Assembly (NCBI GenBank): GCA_963835065.1
Contig: CAWIEK010000044.1
Span: 288,001-352,000 of the forward strand
Source: an uncultured Chthonomonadaceae bacterium
GTDB lineage: Bacteria; Armatimonadota; Chthonomonadetes; Chthonomonadales; Chthonomonadaceae
Direction: 5' to 3'
DNA length: 64,000 nt
Positions 30,791 through 41,118 of the stretch are shown here, one piece after another. How positions within the stretch are numbered: position 1 is the first letter of the stretch; the number at the start of each line of letters is the position of its first letter. The position numbers and the translations under genes were made by a program. The notes below the pieces were generated by a model. The model ran no database searches. It was not told where the DNA came from and worked only from the letters and a program-made list of their open reading frames with translations.

Positions 30791-32110
30791 CTACAGCATG
30801 TTATTGGCTTTGAGGTACTTGAGCAGGTCGTCGTATACGCCGTCTTCGTTGGCGAACTGCGCGTAATGGCGGGCCGTGTCGAACCACGCCCGCACGGACG
30901 GGCGCACGTCGCGCATGGCTTTCTGGAAATCGCGCTGGCCGACGGGACGGGCGATGCCGCGCTCCAGCGAGTCTTCTAAGGCGAATTCAGTTGCCGAGTC
31001 GCACAAGTGCGCCACATCCGCGCCGGAAAAGCCATCCGTTTTGCTCACGATCCAGTTCAAATCCACGCCTTCCACCGGGCGGTCGCGCAGGTTGTAGCGG
31101 ATAATCGCCTGACGGGCGGTCGCGTCGGGCGGCAGCACCAGCAGGGTTCTATCCAATCGCCCCGGACGGCGCAGGGCAACGTCTATGTCCCAGGGGTGGT
31201 TGGTGGCCGCCATCACGAAAATGCCCTCGTTGTTGCTTGCCACGCTGTCGAGTTCGGTCAGCAGTTGGTTGACATACGTGCGCGACCAGGCTTCGCGCAT
31301 CAGGCTGCGCTTGCGTCCGAGCGCGTCGAGTTCGTCAAAAAACAGGACGCAGGGCGCGTTGCGGCGGGCTTTGCTGAAAATGGCGTGGAGGTTCTTTTCG
31401 CTTGCGCCAAGATGACAGTCCAGAACATCCGAGATGCCGACATTGAGGAACCGCGCGCCCATTTCGCCCGCCGTCGCCCGCGCAATGAATGTTTTGCCGC
31501 AGCCGGGCGGTCCGTACATCAGCAGCCCGCCGCGCAGGGATTTGCCGTACATGCGCCGCATATCCGGGTTTTTCAGGGGAGCCAGAAACGCCATATTCAA
31601 GCGGCGCTTTACTTCGACCATGCCCGCCACATCTTCCAGCGTCATGTCGGGCGTTTCCATATCTACCAGGCCTTCAGGGTCTTCCACTTCGCCGCCCTCC
31701 GACATGCGGATGCGCTGCGTTCCCCCATTATTATCGTCCTCGTCGTCTTCCCTGTCTCGCGTATCGCGGTAGTTCTGCTGTGGTCGGGTTGTGGAGGTGT
31801 CGGACAGGCGCGACTCCTCAATATCTTCCACCAGGCTTTTGGCGCGGTTCCACGACAGGGCTTCGTACAGGCGCTTGTAGCCCGCCGCCCGCTCCTTATC
31901 TCCCACAGCCTCTGCCGCCCGCGTGGCAGCTTGCAGGGCTTCCAGGTGCGCGGGCTGCTTATTGAGGATGCCCGCTGCGTGTTCCAGCGCTTCCCCGGCG
32001 CGGCCCCCATCCAGCAGCATTTGCGCCAGATGCAGGCGCAGATTGATGTTATCGGGATCGCCGCTGATGGCGGATTCGAGCGCGGCAATAATGGTCGGAT
32101 CAACAGGCAT
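30791..32110 (-). CDS. AAA+ ATPase with N-terminal TPR
   Basis: GPPGCGKT, FFDELD, ATNHPWDID.ALRRPGRLD. Confidence 0.9.
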   Translation of the reverse strand: MPVDPTIIAALESAISGDPDNINLRLHLAQMLLDGGRAGEALEHAAGILNKQPAHLEALQAATRAAEAVGDKERAAGYKRLYEALSWNRAKSLVEDIEESRLSDTSTTRPQQNYRDTRDREDDEDDNNGGTQRIRMSEGGEVEDPEGLVDMETPDMTLEDVAGMVEVKRRLNMAFLAPLKNPDMRRMYGKSLRGGLLMYGPPGCGKTFIARATAGEMGARFLNVGISDVLDCHLGASEKNLHAIFSKARRNAPCVLFFDELDALGRKRSLMREAWSRTYVNQLLTELDSVASNNEGIFVMAATNHPWDIDVALRRPGRLDRTLLVLPPDATARQAIIRYNLRDRPVEGVDLNWIVSKTDGFSGADVAHLCDSATEFALEDSLERGIARPVGQRDFQKAMRDVRPSVRAWFDTARHYAQFANEDGVYDDLLKYLKANNML

Positions 32111-32260
32111 GGAAAACCTCGCTTCATAAGGAATGTCTTAATTGGTTTACGTTCCAGTACGTTCTTTGGATTTACTGATTCTTTATATTCAACATTCGCC
32201 GCGTGGTTCCTTCCGGCAAGGCAGGTTTTGCCTGACATTTTTGAACAAGCGCGGTTTATC

Positions 32261-32289
32261 TTGACGCGGCAAGTGGTTAATGGTACAAT
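32261..32289 (+). promoter_or_regulatory. Strong sigma70 promoter upstream of der
   Basis: TTGACG-N17-TACAAT with extended TG. Confidence 0.65.
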
Positions 32290-32600
32290 CACAATTGGAT
32301 GTCCTTAGTGCCCCGTCAAAACAGGCACTCTGTAACCCCGCTTTTGCGTATAGACTTTCGTATGGGCTTTCAGGAACAGCCCCGCCCGCGTTCCTGTTAC
32401 CGCTCTTCTTAACCGGAAGTAACTTTTACAAACACCAACGCTCATGTAATCGCTCAGTCAACCAACCCGAACACCATTCAACCGTGAAGCAAATACTCAC
32501 CTTGAAAACACATCTTTTGCGGCGTTCGCGCCGCCTCGTCTCGTCCCCGTTTTAATTTCCACCGCTTTTTCCGCGTGTGCAAACGGGACAGACAATTGCA

Positions 32601-32666
32601 AGGATGAAGGCGGAAGGATGAAGGATGAAAACACACTCATCCTTCATCCTTCATCCTTCATCCTTT
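32601..32666. repeat. Heptamer palindrome (GGATGAA)n/(TTCATCC)n
   Basis: Directly before the der SD. Confidence 0.85.
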
Positions 32667-32678
32667 CTGGAGGAACTC

Positions 32679-34052
32679 ATGTCCCGTCCGCTTGTTGCCG
32701 TCGTTGGCAGGCCCAACGTCGGCAAATCTACCCTTTTTAACCGTTTGGTCGGGCGGCGCGTCGCCATTGTGGAAGACACGCCCGGCATTACTCGTGACCG
32801 CTTATACCACAACGTGGAATGGAACGGCAGGGAATTTACCGTTGTGGATACAGGCGGTATAATTCTCAACGAAACCGACCCGCTCATGCTGCAGGTGCGC
32901 GCGCAGGCCGAAGTCGCAATGGACGAAGCCGAAGTGATTTTGTTTGTCGTGGACGCCGCCGATGGCATGACGGGCACGGATCGGGAACTTGCCGACGCCC
33001 TTCGCAGTTCCAAGCGCCCCGTTCTGCTCGTTGTCAACAAAACCGACAACTCCCGCCTGATGCAGGACGCGGCGGAGTTTTACGCGCTCGGCCTGGGCGA
33101 ACTGTATACCATTTCCGCGCTCAACGGCATCGGCGTGGGGGATTTGCTGGACGAAGTTGTAAAACTGCTGCCCCCCGAAGGGGAACCGGAACCGGAAGTC
33201 GGAGATGAAATCCGGCTTGCCATCATCGGGCGTCCCAATGTCGGCAAGTCCTCGCTGCTCAACGCCATTTTGGGCGAGGAGCGCGTGATCGTCAGTCCCA
33301 TTCCCGGCACGACCCGTGACACCATTGATACCCAACTGGTCTGGGAGGGGCAGGAACTAACCCTGCTGGACACGGCGGGCATCCGTCGCAGCGGCAAAAT
33401 TCAGGGAACCGTCGAGTATTACATGGTCATGCGGGCGCGAACCGCATTGGAGCGCAGCAACGTGGGCATGGTCGTCGTGGACGGCAGCGCGGGGATGCTG
33501 GACGGCGACAAGCGCGTGGCGGGTATCGCGCACGAGGCCGGACGCGCCTGCATCGTGGTCGTCAACAAGTGGGACTTGGTAGACCCCGGCGTGGTGTACG
33601 AAAAGGGGCGGCAGCGCCATCCTGACCGCGCCAAAATCGAGAAGTTTACCGAACGGTTCCGCAAGGAGTGTCCGTTCCTGAACTACGCGCCGCTTGTGTT
33701 CGTGTCCGCGCAGGAGCGATTCGGCGTCCGCCATGCCATTGATACGGCCATCACCGCCGCCCAAAACCACGCGCACCGCATCCCAACGGGCGAACTGAAC
33801 CGCATCATCCGCGAATCCATCGAACGCCGCCCGCTCTCGGACAACGGACGCTCGTTCAAGGTGTACTATTCCACGATGCCGAAAGTGCAGCCGCCGACAA
33901 TCGTTCTCTTTTGCAACGACTCCAACATGCTGCACTTTTCCTACCAGCGCTATCTGGAAAATCAACTGCGCCTGAAATACCCACTGGAAGGCACACCCAT
34001 CCGCATTGACGCCCGCAAAGTGGAAAACAAAGAGAAAGATAAAGAAGATTAG
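32679..34052 (+). CDS. der: Ribosome biogenesis GTPase Der
   Basis: Two GRPNVGKS G-domains, DTGG/DTAG, NKxD, KH-like C-terminus. Confidence 0.97.
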   Translation: MSRPLVAVVGRPNVGKSTLFNRLVGRRVAIVEDTPGITRDRLYHNVEWNGREFTVVDTGGIILNETDPLMLQVRAQAEVAMDEAEVILFVVDAADGMTGTDRELADALRSSKRPVLLVVNKTDNSRLMQDAAEFYALGLGELYTISALNGIGVGDLLDEVVKLLPPEGEPEPEVGDEIRLAIIGRPNVGKSSLLNAILGEERVIVSPIPGTTRDTIDTQLVWEGQELTLLDTAGIRRSGKIQGTVEYYMVMRARTALERSNVGMVVVDGSAGMLDGDKRVAGIAHEAGRACIVVVNKWDLVDPGVVYEKGRQRHPDRAKIEKFTERFRKECPFLNYAPLVFVSAQERFGVRHAIDTAITAAQNHAHRIPTGELNRIIRESIERRPLSDNGRSFKVYYSTMPKVQPPTIVLFCNDSNMLHFSYQRYLENQLRLKYPLEGTPIRIDARKVENKEKDKED

Positions 34053-34070
34053 CATTTCGGAGGAACAACC

Positions 34071-34288
34071 ATGCACCAGCCACAAACGGAGAACGGAGTG
34101 CTTTGCCGTCCATATCACGCCAACCGGAAAAGGGCGACTCGCCTTTCAACAGCATAATTGATCTGGAAACGCTTGCGGCGCAGCAGGGCGTCACGCCTGT
34201 AACCGACGCGGCAACGCTGCGTGGCGACTTCTGGCCGGAAGAGGAGAATGTGGATGATTTTATCAACGCTATGCGCGCATGGCGGTGA
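34071..34288 (+). CDS. Small conserved-looking hypothetical protein, probable frameshift ~34102
   Basis: SD ggagga + ATG at 34071; DLETLAAQQGV..GDFWPEEE..DDFI motif in another frame. Confidence 0.55.
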
Positions 34289-34301
34289 TATGCCCGTGCG
34301 T

Positions 34302-34514
34302 CCGGGGAATAAATTCCTGGCTGTGATAAGGAAGTCCGCCTACGCGGACTGAAAAGGTTACTGAGGGAAAGTTCCTAAAGAAGTTCCTGCAAGCAATTTT
34401 TTCCGCTTCAAACGAAGAACTTGAAGTATGTTGTAAATCAGAGAATTGCTGAAACGCGGCAGTAGTTCGCGAAGGCGGACTTCGTGATCACAGCCGAGTA
34501 AATTTATTCCCCGG
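34302..34514. repeat. REP/MITE-like element with ~50-bp imperfect terminal inverted repeats
   Basis: ccggggaataaatt..ggctgtgat..gaagtccgcct.cgcg.act versus its reverse complement at the right end. Confidence 0.7.
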
Positions 34515-34537
34515 CTTCTCAAGGGGAGATTAGAAGC

Positions 34538-35090
34538 ATGGACAACACAAGGCCAGTTTGGGCAAGAAAGTATGGATAATGATGTCAAGATATAGTGGAT
34601 TTCAATCGACTTGACCAGGCAAGGTTATATTGGTATTGGGTGGCCGTATGTTGGTGACATCACACAACTTGGATACTACTGCATCAAATACGAAGCTATT
34701 CTGGTAGAAGCAAAAACCACTGACGAGTGAAGAAATGCTAAAGAGTTGAGGAACGCCAGAAAAGATGCTGGCGTTAGTTCATAGCGTTCGTTAATATCTG
34801 CGCAAGACGAGTGATTTGGTTGCTTGTAACGATCAAGAAGACGGATATATGTCATATTGGACGATTGGTTGGTGGCTGCATCCATGGTTTTCACGTCTGC
34901 ACAAGCATTTTCATTTATTACGGAGAGTTGAATGGATTACTGAGCCTTCCTACCGGTTTAACTTGTATGCTGGCGTACAATGAAAATGCTGGATGGGCGA
35001 AAGAGTATTTTGGGAAATAAGCAATCCAGAAGACGGTGGTCAAGCAGCTGTACGAAATCTGTACGCGCAGGTTCAAAAGGCAAATCAGAA
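34538..35090 (+). pseudogene. AT-rich decayed ORF, possibly Mrr-like N-terminal domain
   Basis: Fragments GYIGIGWPYVGDITQL and DLVAC...ICHIGRLVG interrupted by stops and shifts. Confidence 0.3.
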
Positions 35091-35112
35091 TGGCATAATA
35101 CAAAAGATAACT

Positions 35113-36633
35113 ATGGCAAGACTGCAAACAAAATACATCTGTCAGAACTGTAGTTACGAATCTCCGAAGTGGATGGGTAAATGCCCGGACTGCGACTCGT
35201 GGGACTCGTTTACTGAGGAAGTGACGGTCAAGGAAAAAGCGGGGAGCGCAGGCAAAGCGGGAAGCATCGCGAGTTTCAGTTCGGCAGGCAGAGGCATTGT
35301 ACCGACAACAAGCGGAATGCCCGTGCCGATCACTGAAGTCGAAATGACCAAGCAGGCGCGGCTTTCGAGCGGCATTGGCGAGTTTGACCGCGTATTGGGC
35401 GGCGGCATTGTACCCGGTGGCTTGATACTGCTCGGTGGCGAACCCGGGAGCGGGGAAATCCACAATTACCAGTCAGGTCGCGTACAACATCGCTGCCGGA
35501 ATTACAACAAGCGAGTCGAATGTTGAAAAAAAGCCTGTTCGCAAGGGAAACAATGACGGACAGAGGAAGAAGTTTTCCCAACCCCCAACACCCAACACCC
35601 AAAACCTATTCTCTACGTTTCCGGGGAGGAGAGCGCGCAGCAAATCCGTTTGCGCAGCGCGCGGTTGGGAGCGGAAAGCCCGAACTTTCTGGTCAGCGTG
35701 GAAACCGAAATCGGCGTGATTTTGCACCATCTGGAAACCACGCGCCCCGCGCTTGCCGTGATTGACAGTATTCAAACCATGTCGGATTCCAGTCTGGACA
35801 GCGCGCCGGGAACCGTGACGCAGATACGGCAATGCGCCACGCACCTCGCCCGGTTCGCCAAATCCGTTCATGTGCCGATTGTGCTGATCGGGCATGTCAC
35901 CAAAGAGGGCAATCTGGCCGGCCCGCGCGTTTTGGAGCATATCGTAGACACGGTTTTGTATTTTGAGGGCGATAGGCATCATGCTTATCGGCTCTTGCGG
36001 GCGGCCAAAAATCGGTTCGGGTCTACGGACGAGTTGGGCATTTTCGAGATGCACGAGAACGGGCTTATCGGCGTGGACAATCCGAGCGCCGTGCTGCTGT
36101 CGGAGCGGGCGGAGGGCGGCACGGGTTCTGCCGTTGCGAGTACGCTGGAAGGCTCGCGCGCCCTGCTGGTGGAAGTGCAGGCATTGGTGGCGCGTTCCAA
36201 CCTTGCCAGCCCGCGCCGCGTGGTGACGGGCATGGACCCCAACCGCGTCAACATGATTTTAGCGGTTCTGGAAAAGCGCGTAGGGCTGAAAATCGCCGAG
36301 CAGGACGTGTTTGTCAACGTAGCGGGCGGCATCCGCATTGTGGAACCCGCTTCCGATCTGGCGACAGCCGTTGCCATCGCGTCCAACTTCCGCGAACAGG
36401 CTGTGGAACCGACAACCATTCTGTTGGGCGAAGTCGGGCTTGCGGGCGAGATTCGCGCCGTGTCGCAGATCGAAAAACGCCTGAAAGAAGCCGCGCGGCA
36501 GGGCTTCACCAAAGCCGTGATTTCGCGCCACAACGCCGGCAAACTGCCCAAACTCGACGGCATCAAAGTGGTTGGCGTCAACAACGTCCACGACGCGCTT
36601 CATGCCTGCCTCCTGCCCGCGCCTAAAGATTGA
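35113..36633 (+). CDS. radA: DNA repair protein RadA/Sms, two compensating frameshifts (~35447 and ~35530-35605)
   Basis: CxxC zinc finger, GGEPGxGKST, LYVSGEES, IDSIQT, KNRFG, Lon-like C-terminus. Confidence 0.92.
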
Positions 36634-36719
36634 CAGCAACTCCGAAAGTAAGTCTCTCAGGGCGGTACGGATGCAGCCGGTCAAAGCCGTACATTCCATT
36701 CGTACTTTGAACGTTTACG

Positions 36720-37630
36720 TCAGTCTGTATTTGTAGGAGCGGCTTCTGTTAAACGCATGGTGTTGACAAAAGCGCGGACGGCGGCGCGGCGTACCTTGCT
36801 GCTTTTGACCAACAGGCCGGCGGGACGCTGAAAACTGTCTGCGGCCACGAGGGGCACAACGGCAATCTGCCCTTCCCGCGCTTCCTGCCGCACGGTTCCT
36901 GCCGGCACAAGCGCAATGCCGCTGCCGATTTCCACCATGTTCTTCAAGGTTTCGATGTTGTCATACGAGGTGATAATCTTCACCTTGACGCCCCGTTCGC
37001 GCAGTTTGTCATCTATCAGGGCACGGGTGGGAATGTCGTCGTCAAAGGCGATGAATGGCTGTCCCTCCAGTTCGCGCAGGGCGATCTCGCTTTGCTGCGC
37101 GAACAGGTGTTCCGGGGCGCAAATCAGCACCATTGTTTCCACGCTGAACGGCACAATTTCCAGTCCGGTGCGCGGGGTCGGGCAGGCGACGATGCCCACG
37201 TCTACCGCCCCGACAGCACATCCTGAACCACTTTCGCCGTCTGGCTGTATTCCAGATGCACGTTCACTTTCGGATGCGCGGCCAGAAACGGCTTCAAGCG
37301 TCCGGGCAGGGCGTGGAGGCCGACGGAATACACGGTCGCCACGCGCACGGTTCCCCCAACCTCCTCGTTCAGCCCGCGCAGGCGTATCTCCAATTCTTCC
37401 GCCTGACTCAGCAGGGGCTTGGCTCCTTCATAGAGTAATTTGCCCGCTTCCGTCGGCGTGATGCGCCCTTTGCCTTTGCCCCGGTCCAGCAGAATTTGTC
37501 CGAACTCGCGCTCCATTGCCCGCAAACGCTGGCTGACGGCGGACTGCGACACGAAACTGCGCTCCGCCGCCCGCGAAAACGAGCCGGTTTCAATCAGGTG
37601 GCAAAACAACCGCAAATCCGTCAGTTCCAT
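36720..37630 (-). CDS. LysR-family transcriptional regulator, frameshift in a G run ~37210
   Basis: GSFSRAAE...SQSAVSQ HTH; substrate-binding domain continues in the next frame. Confidence 0.88.
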
Positions 37631-37847
37631 TCCTGCTCCACAATCCTCATCGTTTTCATGTCAGATATTTTCAAGTAAATAGGTACTCCGGTCTCAGACT
37701 GGTTGGCCGCAACCCCTTATCGCTGGGGCGTTTACGACTCGGTTCACCAGTATTTTCACGAACCGGCGTACAGGAGAAGTTGCGTGTGCCGGAGAACATT
37801 ACGCGGGAAGCCGACATAACGCAGCAAGCCGGCGTTAAGGGGAATGG

Positions 37848-38988
37848 ATGAAGGCGATTATTATTGGCGGCGGAATTGGCGGCATGGCGCTGGCGGTTGC
37901 GCTGCGGCAGCAATCCATTGAAGCGGAAGTTTATGAGCAGGCGAACGAACTAAAAGAAGTCGGGGCGGGGCTGGTGCTGTGGCCCAACGCCCTCAAAGCG
38001 CTGGATTTGCTCGGCCTCGTGCCCGCCGCGCGAGCCGTCAGCGTTCCGTTCGGCGAAAGCGAAATCAAGACGTGGCGAGGCGAACATTTGGCCCGTCTGA
38101 CTTCACCCGAATTGCAGGACGCGCATACGGGCGGCGCGCTGATCCACCGTACGGAACTGCTGACCGTTTTCGCCGATTGCCTGAACCCCGCGCGTGTGCA
38201 TCTCGACTGCCTGCTGTACAGGCTTTGAGCAGAATGGAAACAGCGTCACGGCGCGATTTCGCAACGGGCAGATTGCGCAGGGCGACCTGCTGATTGGAGC
38301 CGACGGCATTCACTCGCTGGTACGCCACCAGATGTTTGGCGATGTACCCATGTCGTATGCCGGCTACGTCGTCTGGCGCGGCATTACCGATGTGGATATT
38401 AGCCAACCCGTGGGAACGGAATCGTGGGGCAAGGGAATGAGGTTCGGCTGCCGGACGACGACACAGGGACGCGCGTACTGGTACGCGACCGCCAACATGC
38501 CCGCGCATCAGCCCGACGATCCCAGAGGACGCAAAGCCGAACTGCTGGCGCGCTTTTGTGACTGGCACACTCCCATTCCCGCCATTGTGCAGGCCACCAA
38601 TGAAGCGCACATTCTGCGCAATGATATTGTCAACGCTGCGCCGTTGAAGCAATGGAGCATCGGGCGCGCGTCTCTGCTCGGCGACGCCGCCCACGCGCTT
38701 ACGCCCAATTTAGGACAGGGCGCGTGTCAGGCATTGGAGGATGCGGTTACGCTGGCACGCCTGCTCAAACGCTCCCCATCTATTGAGGCGGCCCTGCAAG
38801 CGTATCAGGAACGCCGCAGGAAACACGTTTATGCGGTTGCAAACCGCGCCCGGCGGTTAGGCGAAGTGGGACAGTGGGAAAACCCTTTGGCGCGCAGCCT
38901 GCGCAATTTTGTTGTCAAACACCATCCCGAAGCGCTTCAGCAGCGTCAAATGCGCTGGCTGTTCCACTTCGACCCGGAGGAAGGCTAA
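37848..38988 (+). CDS. FAD-dependent monooxygenase, frameshift ~38210
   Basis: GGGIGG, GADGIHS, LLGDAAH.LTPNLGQGA. Confidence 0.88.
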
Positions 38989-39152
38989 AACGCTCTGGCT
39001 GCTATTAGCCCTGCTTCTAATTGCTATCGGAATATATCGCTTCTCCATTGTGTGCGGATGTGCTATGATATACACGTACTCCATTCGCGTGGTTTCGCGT
39101 TCATTCGTGGCTGAATTCTCTTTTCATTTGGACGCTTGCAGGATATTTCCCT

Positions 39153-40973
39153 ATGGAATCTTACGATACGTTTGAATATGATGTGCTGGTAATCGGGGCG
39201 GGCGGCGCGGGACTGCGGGCCGTGATTGCGGCGCGGGAAGCCGGGTGTACCGTCGGCGTGGTGATGAAGTCGCTGCTGGGCAAGGCGCATACGGTTATGG
39301 CCGAGGGCGGCGTGGCGGCAGCGTTGGGCAACATGGCGAACCCCGACGGCAGCAAGGAACCCGATAGCTGGAAAGTCCATTTCGTGGACACCATGAAGGG
39401 CGGCGCGTTCCTCAACAACCCGCGCACAGCGGAGATTTTCGCGCAGGAAGCCCCCTTGCGCGTACTGGAACTGGAACAATACGGCGCGGTTTTTGACCGG
39501 ACGCCCGAAGGTCTGATTGCCGAGCGTCCATTCGGCGGGCACAAGTACCGGCGTCTGAACCACGTCGGCGACCGCACCGGTTTGGAACTGATTCGCACCC
39601 TGCAGGACAAAGCGGTGGGCGTGGGCATGAGCGTTCACATGGAAGTGACCCTGACGCGCCTGCTTAAAGAGGGGGATCGGGTCGTGGGTGCGTTCGGGTA
39701 CTACCGCGAAACCGGCAAGTTCGTGCTGTTCAAAGCCAAAGCGATTGTGCTTGCGACAGGCGGATGGGGCCGCATGTTTATGTACACGTCGAACTCGTGG
39801 GAGGGCACGGGCGACGGGGTGATGATGGCGTATGAAGCGGGCGCGGAACTGCAGGACATGGAAATGATCCAGTTCCACCCGACGGGCATGATTTATCCGA
39901 ATGGGATGCGGGGGATTCTGGTTACGGAGGGCGTACGGGGCGAGGGCGGCGTCCTGAAAAACAACAAGGGCGAACGGTTCATGTTCAACCCCGACTATAT
40001 GCCCGCCTTGTACAAGGGACAGTTCGCGGAAACGCCGGAAGAAGGCGAACGCTGGCTGGAAGATAAGAAAAACAACCGCCGCCCGCCCGAACTGCTGCCC
40101 CGCGACGTGGTTGCGCGGTGCATTTATAAGGAAGTGGAAGCAGGGCGGGGCAGTCCGCATAAGGGCGTGTTTCTGGATGTGACGCACCGGGGCGCGGATT
40201 ACATCAAGCGCAAATTGCCGTCCATGTACGAGCAGTTCCACGCTTTGGGCGGCATTGACATTACCAAAGAAGCGATGGAAGTGTACCCGACCATCCACTA
40301 CACAATGGGCGGCGTGGCCGCAGACCCGGAAACCGCGTCCAGCACGGTTCCAGGCCTGTTCGCGGCGGGGGAAGTGGCGGCAGGACTGCACGGCGCGAAC
40401 CGATTAGGCGGCAACTCGCTGTCCGACATTATCGTGTTTGGCAAGCGGGCGGGTGAAAGCGCAGCCGCGTTCGCCAAAGCGCGCGGACAGGGCAGCATTG
40501 ACGCGGAGCAGCTTGAAGCCGAAATAGACACCCTGCTGATACCGCTGGAAAGCAAAACGGGCGAAAATCCGTATATCGTCCATCAGGAACTTCAGGAAGA
40601 GATGCAGAAGAATGCGATGATTGCGCGTACCGAAGAGGGATTGCTGCACGCGCTGGAGAAAATTCAGGAACTGCAAAAACGCGCCCATAATCTGCACATC
40701 GAAGGCGACCGCTATTACAATCCGGGCTGGCATGCCGCCCGCGACCTGCATTCCATGCTGACGGCTTCGGAAGTGATTGTCCGCTGCGCCTTGGAGCGCA
40801 AGGAGAGCCGGGGCGCGCAATGGCGTCTCGACTATACGGAGCGCGACGACGCTTACTGGGGCAAGCACAATTTGATTGCGACCCAAAAGGGTGAGCGCGT
40901 GAATATCGAAGCGCGCCCCCTGCCCCCGATGCCCGCGCATTTGCAGGCGTTGATTGATGAGTATGGAAAGTAG
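39153..40973 (+). CDS. sdhA: Succinate dehydrogenase/fumarate reductase flavoprotein
   Basis: GAGGAG, KAHTVMAEGG (FAD-His), QFHPTG, TEGVRGEGG, HYTMGG, HGANRLGGNSL. Confidence 0.95.
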   Translation: MESYDTFEYDVLVIGAGGAGLRAVIAAREAGCTVGVVMKSLLGKAHTVMAEGGVAAALGNMANPDGSKEPDSWKVHFVDTMKGGAFLNNPRTAEIFAQEAPLRVLELEQYGAVFDRTPEGLIAERPFGGHKYRRLNHVGDRTGLELIRTLQDKAVGVGMSVHMEVTLTRLLKEGDRVVGAFGYYRETGKFVLFKAKAIVLATGGWGRMFMYTSNSWEGTGDGVMMAYEAGAELQDMEMIQFHPTGMIYPNGMRGILVTEGVRGEGGVLKNNKGERFMFNPDYMPALYKGQFAETPEEGERWLEDKKNNRRPPELLPRDVVARCIYKEVEAGRGSPHKGVFLDVTHRGADYIKRKLPSMYEQFHALGGIDITKEAMEVYPTIHYTMGGVAADPETASSTVPGLFAAGEVAAGLHGANRLGGNSLSDIIVFGKRAGESAAAFAKARGQGSIDAEQLEAEIDTLLIPLESKTGENPYIVHQELQEEMQKNAMIARTEEGLLHALEKIQELQKRAHNLHIEGDRYYNPGWHAARDLHSMLTASEVIVRCALERKESRGAQWRLDYTERDDAYWGKHNLIATQKGERVNIEARPLPPMPAHLQALIDEYGK

Positions 40974-40984
40974 TCAGAGAAGGA

Positions 40985-41107
40985 AGTAGCCAGTAGTCAG
41001 TAGTCAGTAGTCAGTAGAAATGCTCCTACTAAAAGTGATTGCCAACACGCAAAGTTTTGAGTAGACAGGTTTTTCTACTGACTACTGACTACTGACTACT
41101 GGCTACT
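40985..41107. repeat. Heptamer palindrome (AGTAGTC)n/(GACTACT)n inside the sdhAB operon
   Basis: Same family as 18264-18376. Confidence 0.85.
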
Positions 41108-41118
41108 GGAGTTGACTT

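Noticed and set aside
32625..32678. N-terminal extension MKTHSSFILHPSSF on Der
   Set aside because: It is the translated heptamer repeat; the SD ggagga points to ATG 32679
35490..35607. Intein or intron in radA
   Set aside because: Too short, with no C/S...HN splice motifs or intron structure evident
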